Shown: positions 1 to 8,829 of the stretch, piece after piece
Numbering within the stretch: the first letter of the stretch is position 1
How the letters are laid out: the number at the start of each line of letters is the position of its first letter
Virus record (IMG/VR): IMGVR_UViG_2695420569_000028
DNA length: 11,925 nt
DNA from: a virus
Taxonomy: Duplodnaviria > Heunggongvirae > Uroviricota > Caudoviricetes
Reading direction: 5' to 3' (one strand)
The notes under the pieces: model-generated
Database searches by the model: none
What the model saw: the letters and a program-made list of their open reading frames with translations, nothing else
What the model was told of the DNA's origin: nothing
Made by a program: the position numbers and the translations under genes

Positions 1-258
1 ATGCAAACCGTTATTTTTGGTCGTTCGGGTTGCCCTTACTGTGTGCGTGCAAAAGATCTGGCTGAGAAATTGAGCAATGAACGCGATGATTTTCAGTATC
101 AGTATGTAGATATTCGTGCGGAAGGGATCACTAAAGAAGATCTACAACAAAAGGCAGGTAAACCCGTAGAAACCGTGCCGCAGATTTTTGTCGATCAGCA
201 ACATATCGGCGGCTATACCGATTTTGCTGCATGGGTGAAAGAAAATCTGGACGCCTGA
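1..258 (+). CDS. grxA: glutaredoxin 1
   Basis: 85-aa ORF with the CPYC active-site motif (GRSGCPYCVRAK); protein recognised end to end as E. coli GrxA. Confidence 0.95.
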   Translation: MQTVIFGRSGCPYCVRAKDLAEKLSNERDDFQYQYVDIRAEGITKEDLQQKAGKPVETVPQIFVDQQHIGGYTDFAAWVKENLDA

Positions 259-267
259 TCGTCTGAC

Positions 268-300
268 AAGCCCTCGCGTTGAGGGCTTTACTGATTTTTT
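268..300 (+). terminator. putative intrinsic terminator downstream of grxA
   Basis: Inverted repeat AAGCCCTC (268-275) / GAGGGCTT (281-288) with 5-nt loop, followed by a T6 run at 295-300. The T-run is 6 nt from the stem, so not canonical; the stem overlaps the convergent ybjM stop codon. Confidence 0.45.
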
Positions 301-665
301 CTGTGCTGTGGTTTAAACAAACTACTGATAAATAAGAAACACAGTGCCCCCAGCGCACACCAGAACACCGCGCTTAGTAACCATGCCAGCTCTTGCCAGA
401 ATGAGCGCGTCGGTGAAAAAAACAGCCGCATAATGAGCATTGAACAGGGTGCCGCCAGCATTGCGCCAAATAGAGGTTTCAGGACTTCTCTACGCTGTGA
501 AAAGAAGCTGGCGACTGCTCCAGGAAGAATGAAAAATAGCAAGCCGATTTCAGGATGCCCGGCAGCCCGAAAAGCGCCTTTCATGTGCGTCGCCAGAAAA
601 AGGCACACCACAATGAAGAGGACAAAACAGCAGATTGCCCCCGCCCAACGTTGTTTATGTTTCAC
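288..665 (-). CDS. ybjM: inner-membrane protein YbjM
   Basis: 125-aa hydrophobic ORF with several predicted TM segments; recognised as E. coli YbjM; convergent with grxA as in E. coli. Confidence 0.85.
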   Translation of the reverse strand: MKHKQRWAGAICCFVLFIVVCLFLATHMKGAFRAAGHPEIGLLFFILPGAVASFFSQRREVLKPLFGAMLAAPCSMLIMRLFFSPTRSFWQELAWLLSAVFWCALGALCFLFISSLFKPQHRKNQ

Positions 666-934
666 TCGTTCCTCCTGACACTGCGTCTATCGAACACATT
701 TTTCGCCAGTGTGGCGTTCAGTAAGATAAAGCCGCTTCGCATTCCATGCTAATATAGGCCAACGCAATTCATATAGCCGTTGATACCTAATGTGATTACA
801 CTAGTAAAATATATTGTTACTTTACTATCGTTTAGGTGCGCTGAATGAATCTGCGCCCTGAATTCTGGTAAAAAACATTATCGTAAATTACCATTTCTTT
901 CAACAGCTTACTAGTAAACAAGAAGTTAGCCTCC

Positions 935-2620
935 GTGAATATAAACGTCGCCGAATTGTTAAATGGGAATTACATTCTGTTATTATTTGTGGTCCTCGCG
1001 CTTGGGCTATGTCTCGGAAAGTTACGACTTGGTTCGATCCAACTGGGTAATTCCATTGGCGTTTTAGTCGTATCGCTGTTATTAGGCCAACAACATTTCA
1101 GCATTAACACCGATGCGCTTAATCTTGGCTTTATGCTGTTTATTTTCTGCGTCGGGGTCGAAGCCGGACCGAACTTTTTTTCCATTTTTTTTCGCGATGG
1201 GAAAAATTACCTAATGTTAGCACTGGTGATGGTTGGCAGTGCGCTGGTGATCGCCTTAGGGTTAGGTAAGCTGTTTGGCTGGGATATTGGCCTGACGGCC
1301 GGTATGTTAGCAGGCTCTATGACGTCGACACCGGTTCTGGTCGGTGCTGGCGATACACTGCGTCATTCCGGCATGGAAAGCAGGCAGCTCTCACTGGCAC
1401 TGGATAATCTGAGCCTCGGGTATGCCTTAACCTATTTAATCGGTCTGGTGAGTTTGATTGTTGGTGCGCGTTACTTGCCGAAATTGCAGCATCAGGACTT
1501 ACAGACCAGCGCCCAGCAAATCGCCCGCGAACGTGGCCTGGACACTGATGCCAACCGTAAGGTTTATTTACCGGTGATCCGCGCCTATCGCGTCGGCCCG
1601 GAGCTGGTGGCCTGGACCGACGGCAAAAATCTGCGTGAACTGGGTATTTATCGACAAACCGGCTGCTACATTGAACGTATTCGACGTAACGGGATTCTGG
1701 CAAATCCAGACGGTGATGCCGTGCTACAAATGGGCGATGAAATAGCGTTGGTAGGCTATCCCGACGCCCATGCCCGACTCGATCCCAGCTTCCGTAACGG
1801 TAAAGAAGTTTTCGATCGTGACCTTCTCGACATGCGTATCGTCACTGAAGAAGTGGTCGTTAAAAACCATAACGCTGTAGGTAAACGTCTCGCACAACTG
1901 AAGTTGACCGATCACGGTTGCTTCCTTAACCGCGTCATTCGTAGCCAGATTGAGATGCCGATAGATGACAACGTCGTGCTTAACAAAGGTGACGTTTTAC
2001 AAGTCAGCGGTGATGCCCGTCGCGTAAAAACCATCGCCGATCGCATCGGCTTTATCTCGATTCACAGCCAGGTCACTGACCTGCTGGCATTTTGCGCCTT
2101 CTTTGTTATTGGGCTGATGATCGGGATGATCACCTTCCAGTTCAGCACATTCAGTTTCGGCATGGGGAACGCTGCCGGGTTGTTATTCGCCGGAATTATG
2201 CTGGGCTTTATGCGTGCTAACCACCCGACCTTCGGTTACATTCCGCAAGGTGCATTAAGCATGGTGAAAGAGTTCGGCTTGATGGTGTTTATGGCAGGCG
2301 TTGGTCTGAGCGCCGGTAGCGGTATTAATAACGGCCTGGGCGCGATTGGCGGTCAGATGTTGATTGCCGGATTAATTGTCAGTCTTGTGCCCGTGGTTAT
2401 CTGTTTCTTGTTCGGTGCTTATGTATTGCGAATGAACCGCGCACTGTTGTTCGGCGCAATGATGGGCGCACGCACCTGCGCGCCGGCAATGGAGATCATC
2501 AGTGATACAGCTCGCAGTAACATCCCTGCGCTGGGCTATGCGGGCACCTACGCAATCGCCAACGTCCTGCTGACGCTGGCAGGGACAATCATCGTCATGG
2601 TATGGCCAGGATTAGGATAA
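935..2620 (+). CDS. ybjL: putative AAE-family transporter YbjL (two membrane domains flanking TrkA-C/RCK_C-like soluble region)
   Basis: 561-aa ORF, GTG start at 935; hydrophobic N- and C-terminal halves with a soluble central region; sequence recognised as E. coli YbjL. Confidence 0.93.
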
Positions 2621-2732
2621 AACTGAAGTTGCCCTGAAAATGAAATTTTTTTGCACAACCGCAGAACTTTTCCGCAGGGCATCAGTCTTAATTAGTGCCA
2701 CTGCTTTTCTTTGATGTCCCCATTTTGTGGAG

Positions 2733-2775
2733 CCCATCAACCCCGCCATTTCGGTTCAAGGTTGATGGGTTTTTT
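2733..2775 (+). terminator. rho-independent terminator in the ybjL / prophage-end intergenic region
   Basis: Perfect 10-bp inverted repeat CCCATCAACC (2733-2742) / GGTTGATGGG (2760-2769), with extra CCG/CGG pairing inside the loop, followed by TTTTTT (2770-2775). Only the + strand has the T-run, so it terminates ybjL-direction transcription. Confidence 0.55.
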
Positions 2776-2855
2776 GTTGCCTGAAATTTATGCCGTTTAA
2801 AATCATGACGTTAGAAGCACTGTTTTTTAACGATGGCGACAAAATGGCGGCAGCG

Positions 2856-3074
2856 TCAAAGAGAGAGCGCCACCTGTCCTGATTTCATTGGATGCGGCTG
2901 AACCGGATTTGACTCTTTTGGCGTTGCAATCGAACGAACAAAAGTTTCATGGGTTACAAAAGTATGGCTGCAGTTAATATTCTGGCACTGGTTGTAACGC
3001 TCTTTGGTCAATGAAGATACCTGAAAACTGCTGCGAGTATGGGCGGCACTTCCACACAGTGGGCAAATCATCAT
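2856..3074 (-). CDS. ogr: Ogr/Delta-family zinc-finger late-gene transcription activator
   Basis: C-X2-C-X22-C-X4-C motif (CPLCGSAAHTRSSFQVSSLTKERYNQCQNINC) and KERYxQCQNxNC signature typical of P2 Ogr. The longest ORF is 83 aa (start 3107), but the internal Met at 3074 gives a 72-aa product with a GGAG Shine-Dalgarno about 10 nt upstream, matching Ogr length. Position after gene D matches P2 order. Confidence 0.85.
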   Translation of the reverse strand: MMICPLCGSAAHTRSSFQVSSLTKERYNQCQNINCSHTFVTHETFVRSIATPKESNPVQPHPMKSGQVALSL

Positions 3075-3164
3075 TTTTCGAGTTCTCCCCATTTTTGCTA
3101 AATTCACAATAATGATACCGCATTATTCCATTTTGCAAACTTAAAAGTTCTCCATTGCGAAGAA

Positions 3165-4265
3165 TCATTCCATTTCGAAATCATCAATCCTCACTTCAAG
3201 CTCCAGACTGGTTGTAAAACCGTTATCGGGGCTGACGGTATGCGTCAGAGTCGTAATGGTCCATTCCGCATCATCTATCGGTTGTTTAAAGCCACTAACT
3301 TTCACTGGCATTTCCGTGTAAAGATCTGCCCGCCCTTCCGCCAGTTGTAGCGAGAATGACGCAACGCCGCGTTGCAGGCGTTCCCACTGCATTTTCGCTG
3401 CCCGTTCAGCGTTGCTCCGGTTGGCATAAGTGCGATTAAGTACCAGCACGTTTTCATCCGTACCCACCAGGTAATCGCCCTGCTTCGCTTCCGGCTCTTT
3501 CTTCTGCTTCTTAGTTCTGCGCTTACGCTTCACCGTGGTGCTTTCTTTCTTCGCAGGTTCGCGGGTATGCAACCAGCTGGCAATTACGCCCGTGTAGGCT
3601 CCGCGATCTGCCAGGGTAAAGCGGTGACTGTCGCCGTCCTTGCGTGTGATAGTGATCACTGGCAGTGGTTTACCAGTGGCGCTTTTGCCCTGCCCCTGCC
3701 GGATGAATAACAGATTGCCATTTTTCACCGACGCGATGGCACCGTACTGTCGCGCCAGCCGCATCAGAAAACTACCGTCACTCTCATTAGTCTGGTCTAT
3801 ATGCTCCACGAGCTTATCCGACAGGTCTTTACCCAGTACCATCTTCAGCTTGTGCCGCGCGGCTATCTCCTTCACCACTTCCCCAATGGTGGTCTTGTGC
3901 CACGATTTTTCACGGCGGGTATTCAGCGTTTCCCGAAAATCAGCACTTCGCGCCCGGATAGTCAGGCGGTCCGGTGCGCCAGTGTGTTCAATCTCGTCCA
4001 CCGTGAATGCCCCTTTCGGGAAAAGCGGCTGCCCCTTCCAGCCCAGCGCCAGCGTAATGACCGCACCACGGCGCGGCAGCACGATTTTCCCGTCGGCATC
4101 GTCCAGCTCCAGATCAAGCTGGTCTGCTTCAAAGCCCCGATTGTCCGTCAGAGTCAGACTCATCAGGCGGTTATCCAGCACAGTGGTGATATCCCTACCC
4201 TCAATACTGATGCTGAATGCCGGAGTTTTGTTGCTTTTGTTAAGCAGTTCAGAGCTGAAATTCAC
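3165..4265 (-). CDS. D: P2 gpD-like tail protein (late control gene D family)
   Basis: 366-aa ORF; GTG start overlapping the U stop (GTGA); lysine/arginine-rich linker (KRKRRTKKQKK) typical of gpD; sits at the end of the FI-FII-E-T-U-D tail operon. Confidence 0.88.
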   Translation of the reverse strand: MNFSSELLNKSNKTPAFSISIEGRDITTVLDNRLMSLTLTDNRGFEADQLDLELDDADGKIVLPRRGAVITLALGWKGQPLFPKGAFTVDEIEHTGAPDRLTIRARSADFRETLNTRREKSWHKTTIGEVVKEIAARHKLKMVLGKDLSDKLVEHIDQTNESDGSFLMRLARQYGAIASVKNGNLLFIRQGQGKSATGKPLPVITITRKDGDSHRFTLADRGAYTGVIASWLHTREPAKKESTTVKRKRRTKKQKKEPEAKQGDYLVGTDENVLVLNRTYANRSNAERAAKMQWERLQRGVASFSLQLAEGRADLYTEMPVKVSGFKQPIDDAEWTITTLTHTVSPDNGFTTSLELEVRIDDFEME

Positions 4266-4747
4266 GACAGCAGCCCTCCCACCGTTTTACTGATATCGCT
4301 TAAGGCAGACGTTGCCGTTTCCTGCAGATTATTCAGTTGCGCACTGAGATCACCGAACATATCGGACAGGGATTCATCCACCCGTTTGAGCGACAGGGTG
4401 AACTCAATCCGGCGCGGCATACCGTCGCGGAAAAACTCCGTTTTAGTCTGATTCAGTCCCTCAATCACATACATGCCATAAATCGTGCCGCTGCCTTCAA
4501 TCAGGGGCCATGCTTTCCCCTGTTCTGCCATCTGCTCCAGTGCCAGCAACGACAGCCTGCCACCTGTTATCTCCGGCATAAGAACACCGGAAAGCGTCAG
4601 CATGTCGTTGTCCGGTCCCAGAAACTGCGTGGACGGACGTCGGTTTACCCGGCTGTTTGCCGCATGTCGCCAGCTGCGTTGATACTGCAGCTCCTGATAC
4701 GGCACGGTGCGCAGCATAAACACGTACAATCCCAGCACCATCATCAT
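4262..4747 (-). CDS. U: P2 gpU-like tail protein
   Basis: 161-aa ORF beginning MMMVLGLYVF, recognised as gpU family; start overlaps the T stop and stop overlaps the D start (translational coupling). Confidence 0.88.
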   Translation of the reverse strand: MMMVLGLYVFMLRTVPYQELQYQRSWRHAANSRVNRRPSTQFLGPDNDMLTLSGVLMPEITGGRLSLLALEQMAEQGKAWPLIEGSGTIYGMYVIEGLNQTKTEFFRDGMPRRIEFTLSLKRVDESLSDMFGDLSAQLNNLQETATSALSDISKTVGGLLS

Positions 4748-7700
4748 GCGTCGTATCCCCCCTGATCGCTGTAGTTACTCCTGGCTTTTGCCTTCAGCCT
4801 ACGTTCACGTTCATCAAGCTGGCGGGCCACCTCCCGCGCAATATCCTGCGCACTTTGTCCTGGCTGCGTCTGAATGATGATCTGCATCGGTGCCTCAATC
4901 CGTTGAACGGGCGGCACAGTGGCTGCACGACTCACCATCGCTTCGCCGCCTTTCGCGGGAAGTGCCAAAGGGTGCAACGGTGGAAGCTCTGCAGGCGCGG
5001 CAGCAACGCCCATCATTCCGGCAACAACGGCAGCCAGTGCAGCTGTATTTCTCCGGCTGGTCACATTTGCCGGGCCGTTAACAATTTCCGGCCCGTTTTC
5101 ACCGACGATGCCAAACTGCCCGCGCGGGATATAGCCGCCGCTGTCATACATCCCCGCAAAGCCATATCCCCATGACGGAAAACCACCCGATGGCATCATC
5201 ACTTTACCGTCTGCATTCACCGTCGCAGGTTGCTGACGCGTCACGCTTTCCGGCAGTTTCGCCTTTGCAGCCTCTTTACTGACAATGCCGAGTTTATCCA
5301 GCAACCAGGAAACGCCAGATTTCAGGGAGTCCAGCGGATGCATAACCATATTCAGCCCTTCCGCCAGTGCCTCCCCGAATCGTCGCCCCATTGCCGCTGC
5401 GCTCTGCAGTTCGGCAGAAGTCGACTTAACGGGCGTCAGCAGATCAGTAAACCAGCCCCACAGCGCCTGCACTTTGTCACCAATCCACTGGAACACAGGC
5501 TTAAGCGGTTCGAACGCTGCACTGATGGGACCTGCCGCCGCTTTGAATCCTTCCACCACGCCACCGAGAAATGCGGTGATGGGTTGCCAGTATTTCCAGA
5601 CAACCAGTGCCACACCCGCCAGTGCAGTAACCACAAGACCTATCGGACTGAGCAGAGCACCTAACAGACCAGATACGGCATACAGGGCAACGCGCAACAT
5701 CGCCAGTGGACCAGATGCCAGTACTCGCAGCACCGTGCCTGCGGCAGCCAGCCCGCCGCGTAGTGCTGCCAGTGGATTCATAAACATCACAGCAACCGCA
5801 CGTAAACCGGATAATCCAGACCGCAAAAGTGCAACCGGCGCACCTGCTACAGTTTTCAGGACATTTCCCGTCAGTGATGCCGTGCGGCGCAAAGACGACA
5901 ACGGCGCAGTAAGTAAACCTGCGGCGTTGCCCGATGAAGCAAGCCCGCGTCGCAGCAGTGCCAGTGGTGCGCCAGCCAGCCAGGACAACGCGCTGCTGGT
6001 TCGAGTTACTGCTGCCGTAACGGAAGATAACGTTTTGATACCCAACACAGAGAATCCCAGACGGATCACTGCCAGCGGCCCCAGCACTGCAGCCAGCGCC
6101 ACCGCTAAGGTGCCGAGGCCGACGGTAACCGCAGCCACAACAGCCGATGCTTTCATCAGTGTGCCTGTCAGTTCCGGGTTAGCTTCCACCCAGCGACGCA
6201 ACGCCCCCGTGACGCTTTTCACCGTGTACAGAATATCCATCAGCGGCTGGCGCAGCGTTTCGCCCAGGCTGCTGAAGGTGTTCTGCGCTCCGGTTTTGAC
6301 CAGCAACCACTGCGCAGAAAGTGAATCCTTGTTAATGTCGGATTCTTTCTGCATGGAGCCGAGCGCATCATTGCCCGCTGTCAGTTTTAACTGACGCTGC
6401 AGTTCCGGCAGGTTGTTTGCCAGTTTCGCCGCGTCATCGCCAAACTCTTTACCAAACAACATAGTCATGGCAGACAGGCGCTTGTCCTGCGGCAGCGCGT
6501 TTACCTTCTCCAGCACGCGCTGGATGGTTCCCATCGCATCCTTCGTCATCTGCTTTTCAATCACTTCAGGATTGAGTTTCAGCAGATTCATCCCTTCAAA
6601 GAAACTCTTGCTTTGCATGGTGGCAATGGACAATTCACGCACCATCGCGTTTGCTGCACTGGCTGCAACCTCTGGCGCAGCGCCCAGTGTCAGGAAGGTG
6701 GAACCCAGCGCCGCCGCTTTACGATAATCCAGACGGTCAGCCACACCGCCCAGACGTTGCATCACATCAATGATGTCTGCCCCTTTCGACATGGCGTTAT
6801 CATCCAGATAGTTCAGCGCATCACCGAGCTGTTCAATATTGCGGGTGGGGATTTTGTAGAGCTGGGCGATTTTCCCCAGACTTTCTGACAGTTCATCCGC
6901 TGGCAGCTCAAAGGCTGTTGCCGCCTTTGCTGCCGTACTGGCGAAGGCCAGCAGGTCACGTTTCTGATCTTCCCAGCTGTCGTCAGGGTTTGCGACGTTC
7001 ATGCGCGCACCACCTTCAACCAGTGCAGCGAAGTCCACCGCACCGTTTTCCATCGGCAACTGTTCGCTGGCAGCCTTGATGGCATCCTGCATTTCATAAA
7101 AACGTGCAGTGCGGTTGCCATTATCGTCACGCAGACCATTGACCTGCTTTGCCACACCTTTCATGGCATCTTCCATGCTGGTATAGCTTTTTACTGCCGC
7201 CATCACTGGCGCACCCATTGCCAGCCCTGCAGCCGTGGTGGTGGCTCCGGCACCTGCAATACGATCACGCACCTCCAGCGAACGGGCATAACTGGCACGC
7301 GCTGCATTCATCCTGCGCTGAGCTTCCCCCAGTCGCTTCAGCCGCGCCTCCTGTTTCGAAAGTTCCTGGTTATAACGTGATGTTTCACGGGCTAAACGGG
7401 CAGTTGCTCCCGCATCGTCTTTCGCAGAAATTCCCGCCCGGTACAGTTCAGCACGCACAAGCGCCGTCTGCTGCTGCAGCTTTTTCTGGCGTTCTTCCAG
7501 GCGCTGAACAGCCAGCCGTTGACGGCCCAGAGCAACAACCTGACGTTGCGAAGGCGGCCCCATCGCTCCCAGTTCCTGACTGAGCAAATTTGCACGCTGG
7601 CGGGCATAGTTCAGCCTGTCGCCTAATTTCTGATTTTCTGCCTGCAGCTTTCGGAAGCTGTCCAGACTGCTCCCGGCCTGATCAAGCTGCTTTATTGCAT

Positions 7701-7821
7701 CGCGGGATTTTTTGACAGCAGCAGCCAGTTCTCTTGAACTGGCCTGCGCAGATCGAAATGGACGGGTGAGCTTGTCAACCGCATTAAGAATGACCTGCAG
7801 ACGCAGGTTGTTATCACTCAT
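4744..7821 (-). CDS. T: tail tape measure protein (P2 gpT-like)
   Basis: 1025-aa ORF; coiled-coil-like N-terminal region, central Ala/Gly/Leu-rich hydrophobic repeat block, Gly-rich C-terminus; positioned directly after E/E' as in P2. Confidence 0.9.
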   Translation of the reverse strand: MSDNNLRLQVILNAVDKLTRPFRSAQASSRELAAAVKKSRDAIKQLDQAGSSLDSFRKLQAENQKLGDRLNYARQRANLLSQELGAMGPPSQRQVVALGRQRLAVQRLEERQKKLQQQTALVRAELYRAGISAKDDAGATARLARETSRYNQELSKQEARLKRLGEAQRRMNAARASYARSLEVRDRIAGAGATTTAAGLAMGAPVMAAVKSYTSMEDAMKGVAKQVNGLRDDNGNRTARFYEMQDAIKAASEQLPMENGAVDFAALVEGGARMNVANPDDSWEDQKRDLLAFASTAAKAATAFELPADELSESLGKIAQLYKIPTRNIEQLGDALNYLDDNAMSKGADIIDVMQRLGGVADRLDYRKAAALGSTFLTLGAAPEVAASAANAMVRELSIATMQSKSFFEGMNLLKLNPEVIEKQMTKDAMGTIQRVLEKVNALPQDKRLSAMTMLFGKEFGDDAAKLANNLPELQRQLKLTAGNDALGSMQKESDINKDSLSAQWLLVKTGAQNTFSSLGETLRQPLMDILYTVKSVTGALRRWVEANPELTGTLMKASAVVAAVTVGLGTLAVALAAVLGPLAVIRLGFSVLGIKTLSSVTAAVTRTSSALSWLAGAPLALLRRGLASSGNAAGLLTAPLSSLRRTASLTGNVLKTVAGAPVALLRSGLSGLRAVAVMFMNPLAALRGGLAAAGTVLRVLASGPLAMLRVALYAVSGLLGALLSPIGLVVTALAGVALVVWKYWQPITAFLGGVVEGFKAAAGPISAAFEPLKPVFQWIGDKVQALWGWFTDLLTPVKSTSAELQSAAAMGRRFGEALAEGLNMVMHPLDSLKSGVSWLLDKLGIVSKEAAKAKLPESVTRQQPATVNADGKVMMPSGGFPSWGYGFAGMYDSGGYIPRGQFGIVGENGPEIVNGPANVTSRRNTAALAAVVAGMMGVAAAPAELPPLHPLALPAKGGEAMVSRAATVPPVQRIEAPMQIIIQTQPGQSAQDIAREVARQLDERERRLKAKARSNYSDQGGYDA

Positions 7822-8250
7822 CGTTGGCCCCGCTTCTCTGAATCGCTTTATACCGCCATTCCAGCACTTCGGTCAGCGGCATAACGTCAGTAACGGATGG
7901 CGGCCAGTGAAAAATGGTGGCGATATCTGCCACCAGATCGTCAACCGTCAGGCTGTCGGTAAACCGGCAAGCACCGACTTCTTCAACAAAAAAGTGACAA
8001 CCTCAACCGACATGGCAGTGAGATCTGCCGGGTCCATCTCTGCAATTTCCTGTGCAGTCAGTGCCGGACTGGAGATGCGGGGGATCACGGTCATCATCGC
8101 GTTTACATCCATATCCATAATGGCCTGCAGGCGTGTACCGCGCAGCGCACCGGACTGCGGTTTACGCAGCACAATTTCGGTGATTTCTGTTTTACCGCGC
8201 TTGATGGGGGTATCCAGTTGAATGGTCTTTTCAGTCTGCTTATCGCTCAT
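7814..8250 (-). CDS. E': tail assembly chaperone gpE+E' made by programmed -1 ribosomal frameshift (about 145 aa)
   Basis: Hand translation: frame 0 reads ..V T F L L K K S..stop; after a -1 slip at T_TTT_TTG the reading continues FFVEEVGACRFTDSLTVDDLVADIATIFHWPPSVTDVMPLTEVLEWRYKAIQRSGANDE and stops at TGA (7816-7814), overlapping the T start codon (7821-7819). Predicted length is close to P2 gpE+E' (about 142 aa). Confidence 0.75.
7948..8250 (-). CDS. E: tail assembly chaperone gpE (frame-0 product)
   Basis: 100-aa ORF between FII and T; contains the slippery heptamer near its 3' end. Confidence 0.88.
   Translation of the reverse strand: MSDKQTEKTIQLDTPIKRGKTEITEIVLRKPQSGALRGTRLQAIMDMDVNAMMTVIPRISSPALTAQEIAEMDPADLTAMSVEVVTFLLKKSVLAGLPTA
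7987..7993 (-). promoter_or_regulatory. slippery heptamer T_TTT_TTG for the E/E' -1 frameshift
   Basis: Minus-strand ACT TTT TTG read in gpE frame 0 (T86-F87-L88); X_XXY_YYZ geometry; the same heptamer is used in the P2 E/E' frameshift. Confidence 0.75.
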
Positions 8251-8304
8251 TTTGCTGTCCTGTCAATTGGGTTCTGGCGCGGTATCCCGCGCCGTTCAGA
8301 TATA

Positions 8305-8820
8305 TCAGAGGCCGAGGGCGTTGCGGTGCGCTTCCATCAGGTCCACACCGTCCACAATTTCCACCATGTTGATAAGGTCCACTTCATAGAGCACCTCACC
8401 ATTGATGGTCAGCTTCGCGTAGCTGTTGGTACTGGTCACTTTGGTGGTGTTGCTTTCGCCCGTCTTCCACTCGCCGGAATCCACTTCTTTGTGACGTCCA
8501 CGCACGACAAGCTCCACGGCCTGCACTTCCCCGGTATCGTCACGCTGAATAGAGCCGGTAAAGCGCAGCTGGATGCCATCCACCGTGGCTTTACCCATCT
8601 GTTTAAACAGCAGCAATTCAGTACCACCAATGGAAAATTCTGTGTCCAGCGCACTGTCATCAAGCCCCAGATCCACATCCACCGCACCCGGCATTCCGCC
8701 GCCGCGATACTTCTCATATTTGCGGGTAAATTTCGGCAGCGTCAGCGACTCAACGATCCCCTGCCAGTTGTTCCCGTCGTTAAACAGGTTCAGGTGTTTT
8801 AATTTGCGTGGTAATGCCAT
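8305..8820 (-). CDS. FII: tail tube protein (P2 gpFII-like)
   Basis: 171-aa ORF immediately downstream of FI with a GGGGA Shine-Dalgarno in the 9-bp spacer; size and position match gpFII. Confidence 0.9.
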   Translation of the reverse strand: MALPRKLKHLNLFNDGNNWQGIVESLTLPKFTRKYEKYRGGGMPGAVDVDLGLDDSALDTEFSIGGTELLLFKQMGKATVDGIQLRFTGSIQRDDTGEVQAVELVVRGRHKEVDSGEWKTGESNTTKVTSTNSYAKLTINGEVLYEVDLINMVEIVDGVDLMEAHRNALGL

Positions 8821-8829
8821 GTTGTCCCC

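Noticed and set aside
131-752. Small ORFs overlapping grxA and ybjM on opposite strands (131-358, 433-678, 555-752)
   Set aside because: Overlap or oppose recognised host genes; Arg/Lys-rich low-complexity products.
800-918. ACTAGTAAA 9-mer present twice (800-808 and 910-918) in the ybjM-ybjL divergent intergenic region, the second within the palindrome TTACTAGTAA
   Set aside because: A single 9-bp repeat in an AT-rich 270-bp promoter region could occur by chance; no flanking conservation could be assessed. It may be a regulator site but is unsupported.
3075-3164. AT-rich hairpin AATAATG/CATTATT between D and ogr as a possible operon terminator
   Set aside because: Weak 7-bp A/T stem with no following U-tract on the transcribed strand; more likely part of the ogr promoter region.
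2974-3168. 64-aa minus-strand ORF bridging the D stop and the 5' region of ogr
   Set aside because: Out of frame with ogr and overlaps its promoter and Shine-Dalgarno region; no recognisable domain; ogr with its Cys4 motif explains the region.
3640-4451. Two overlapping + strand ORFs of 216-217 aa opposite genes D and U
   Set aside because: Fully antisense to well-supported phage tail genes; Ser/Arg/Pro-rich low-complexity translations; no ribosome-binding sites noted.
5285-6394. 369-aa ORF on the + strand (also 5230-5664, 4855-5175, 6413-6727, 6613-6888, 7149-7583, 7712-8221) antisense to the tape measure gene
   Set aside because: These lie entirely inside and opposite the T gene; their products are low-complexity Ala/Ser/Pro/Arg-rich with no start context. 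They are typical antisense open frames of a GC-rich repeat-containing gene.
8218-8802. 194-aa + strand ORF and other small ORFs opposite FII and FI (8573-8869, 9103-9531, 9227-9493, 9590-9991, 8436-8717)
   Set aside because: Antisense or alternative-frame ORFs inside the sheath and tube genes; no independent coding signal.
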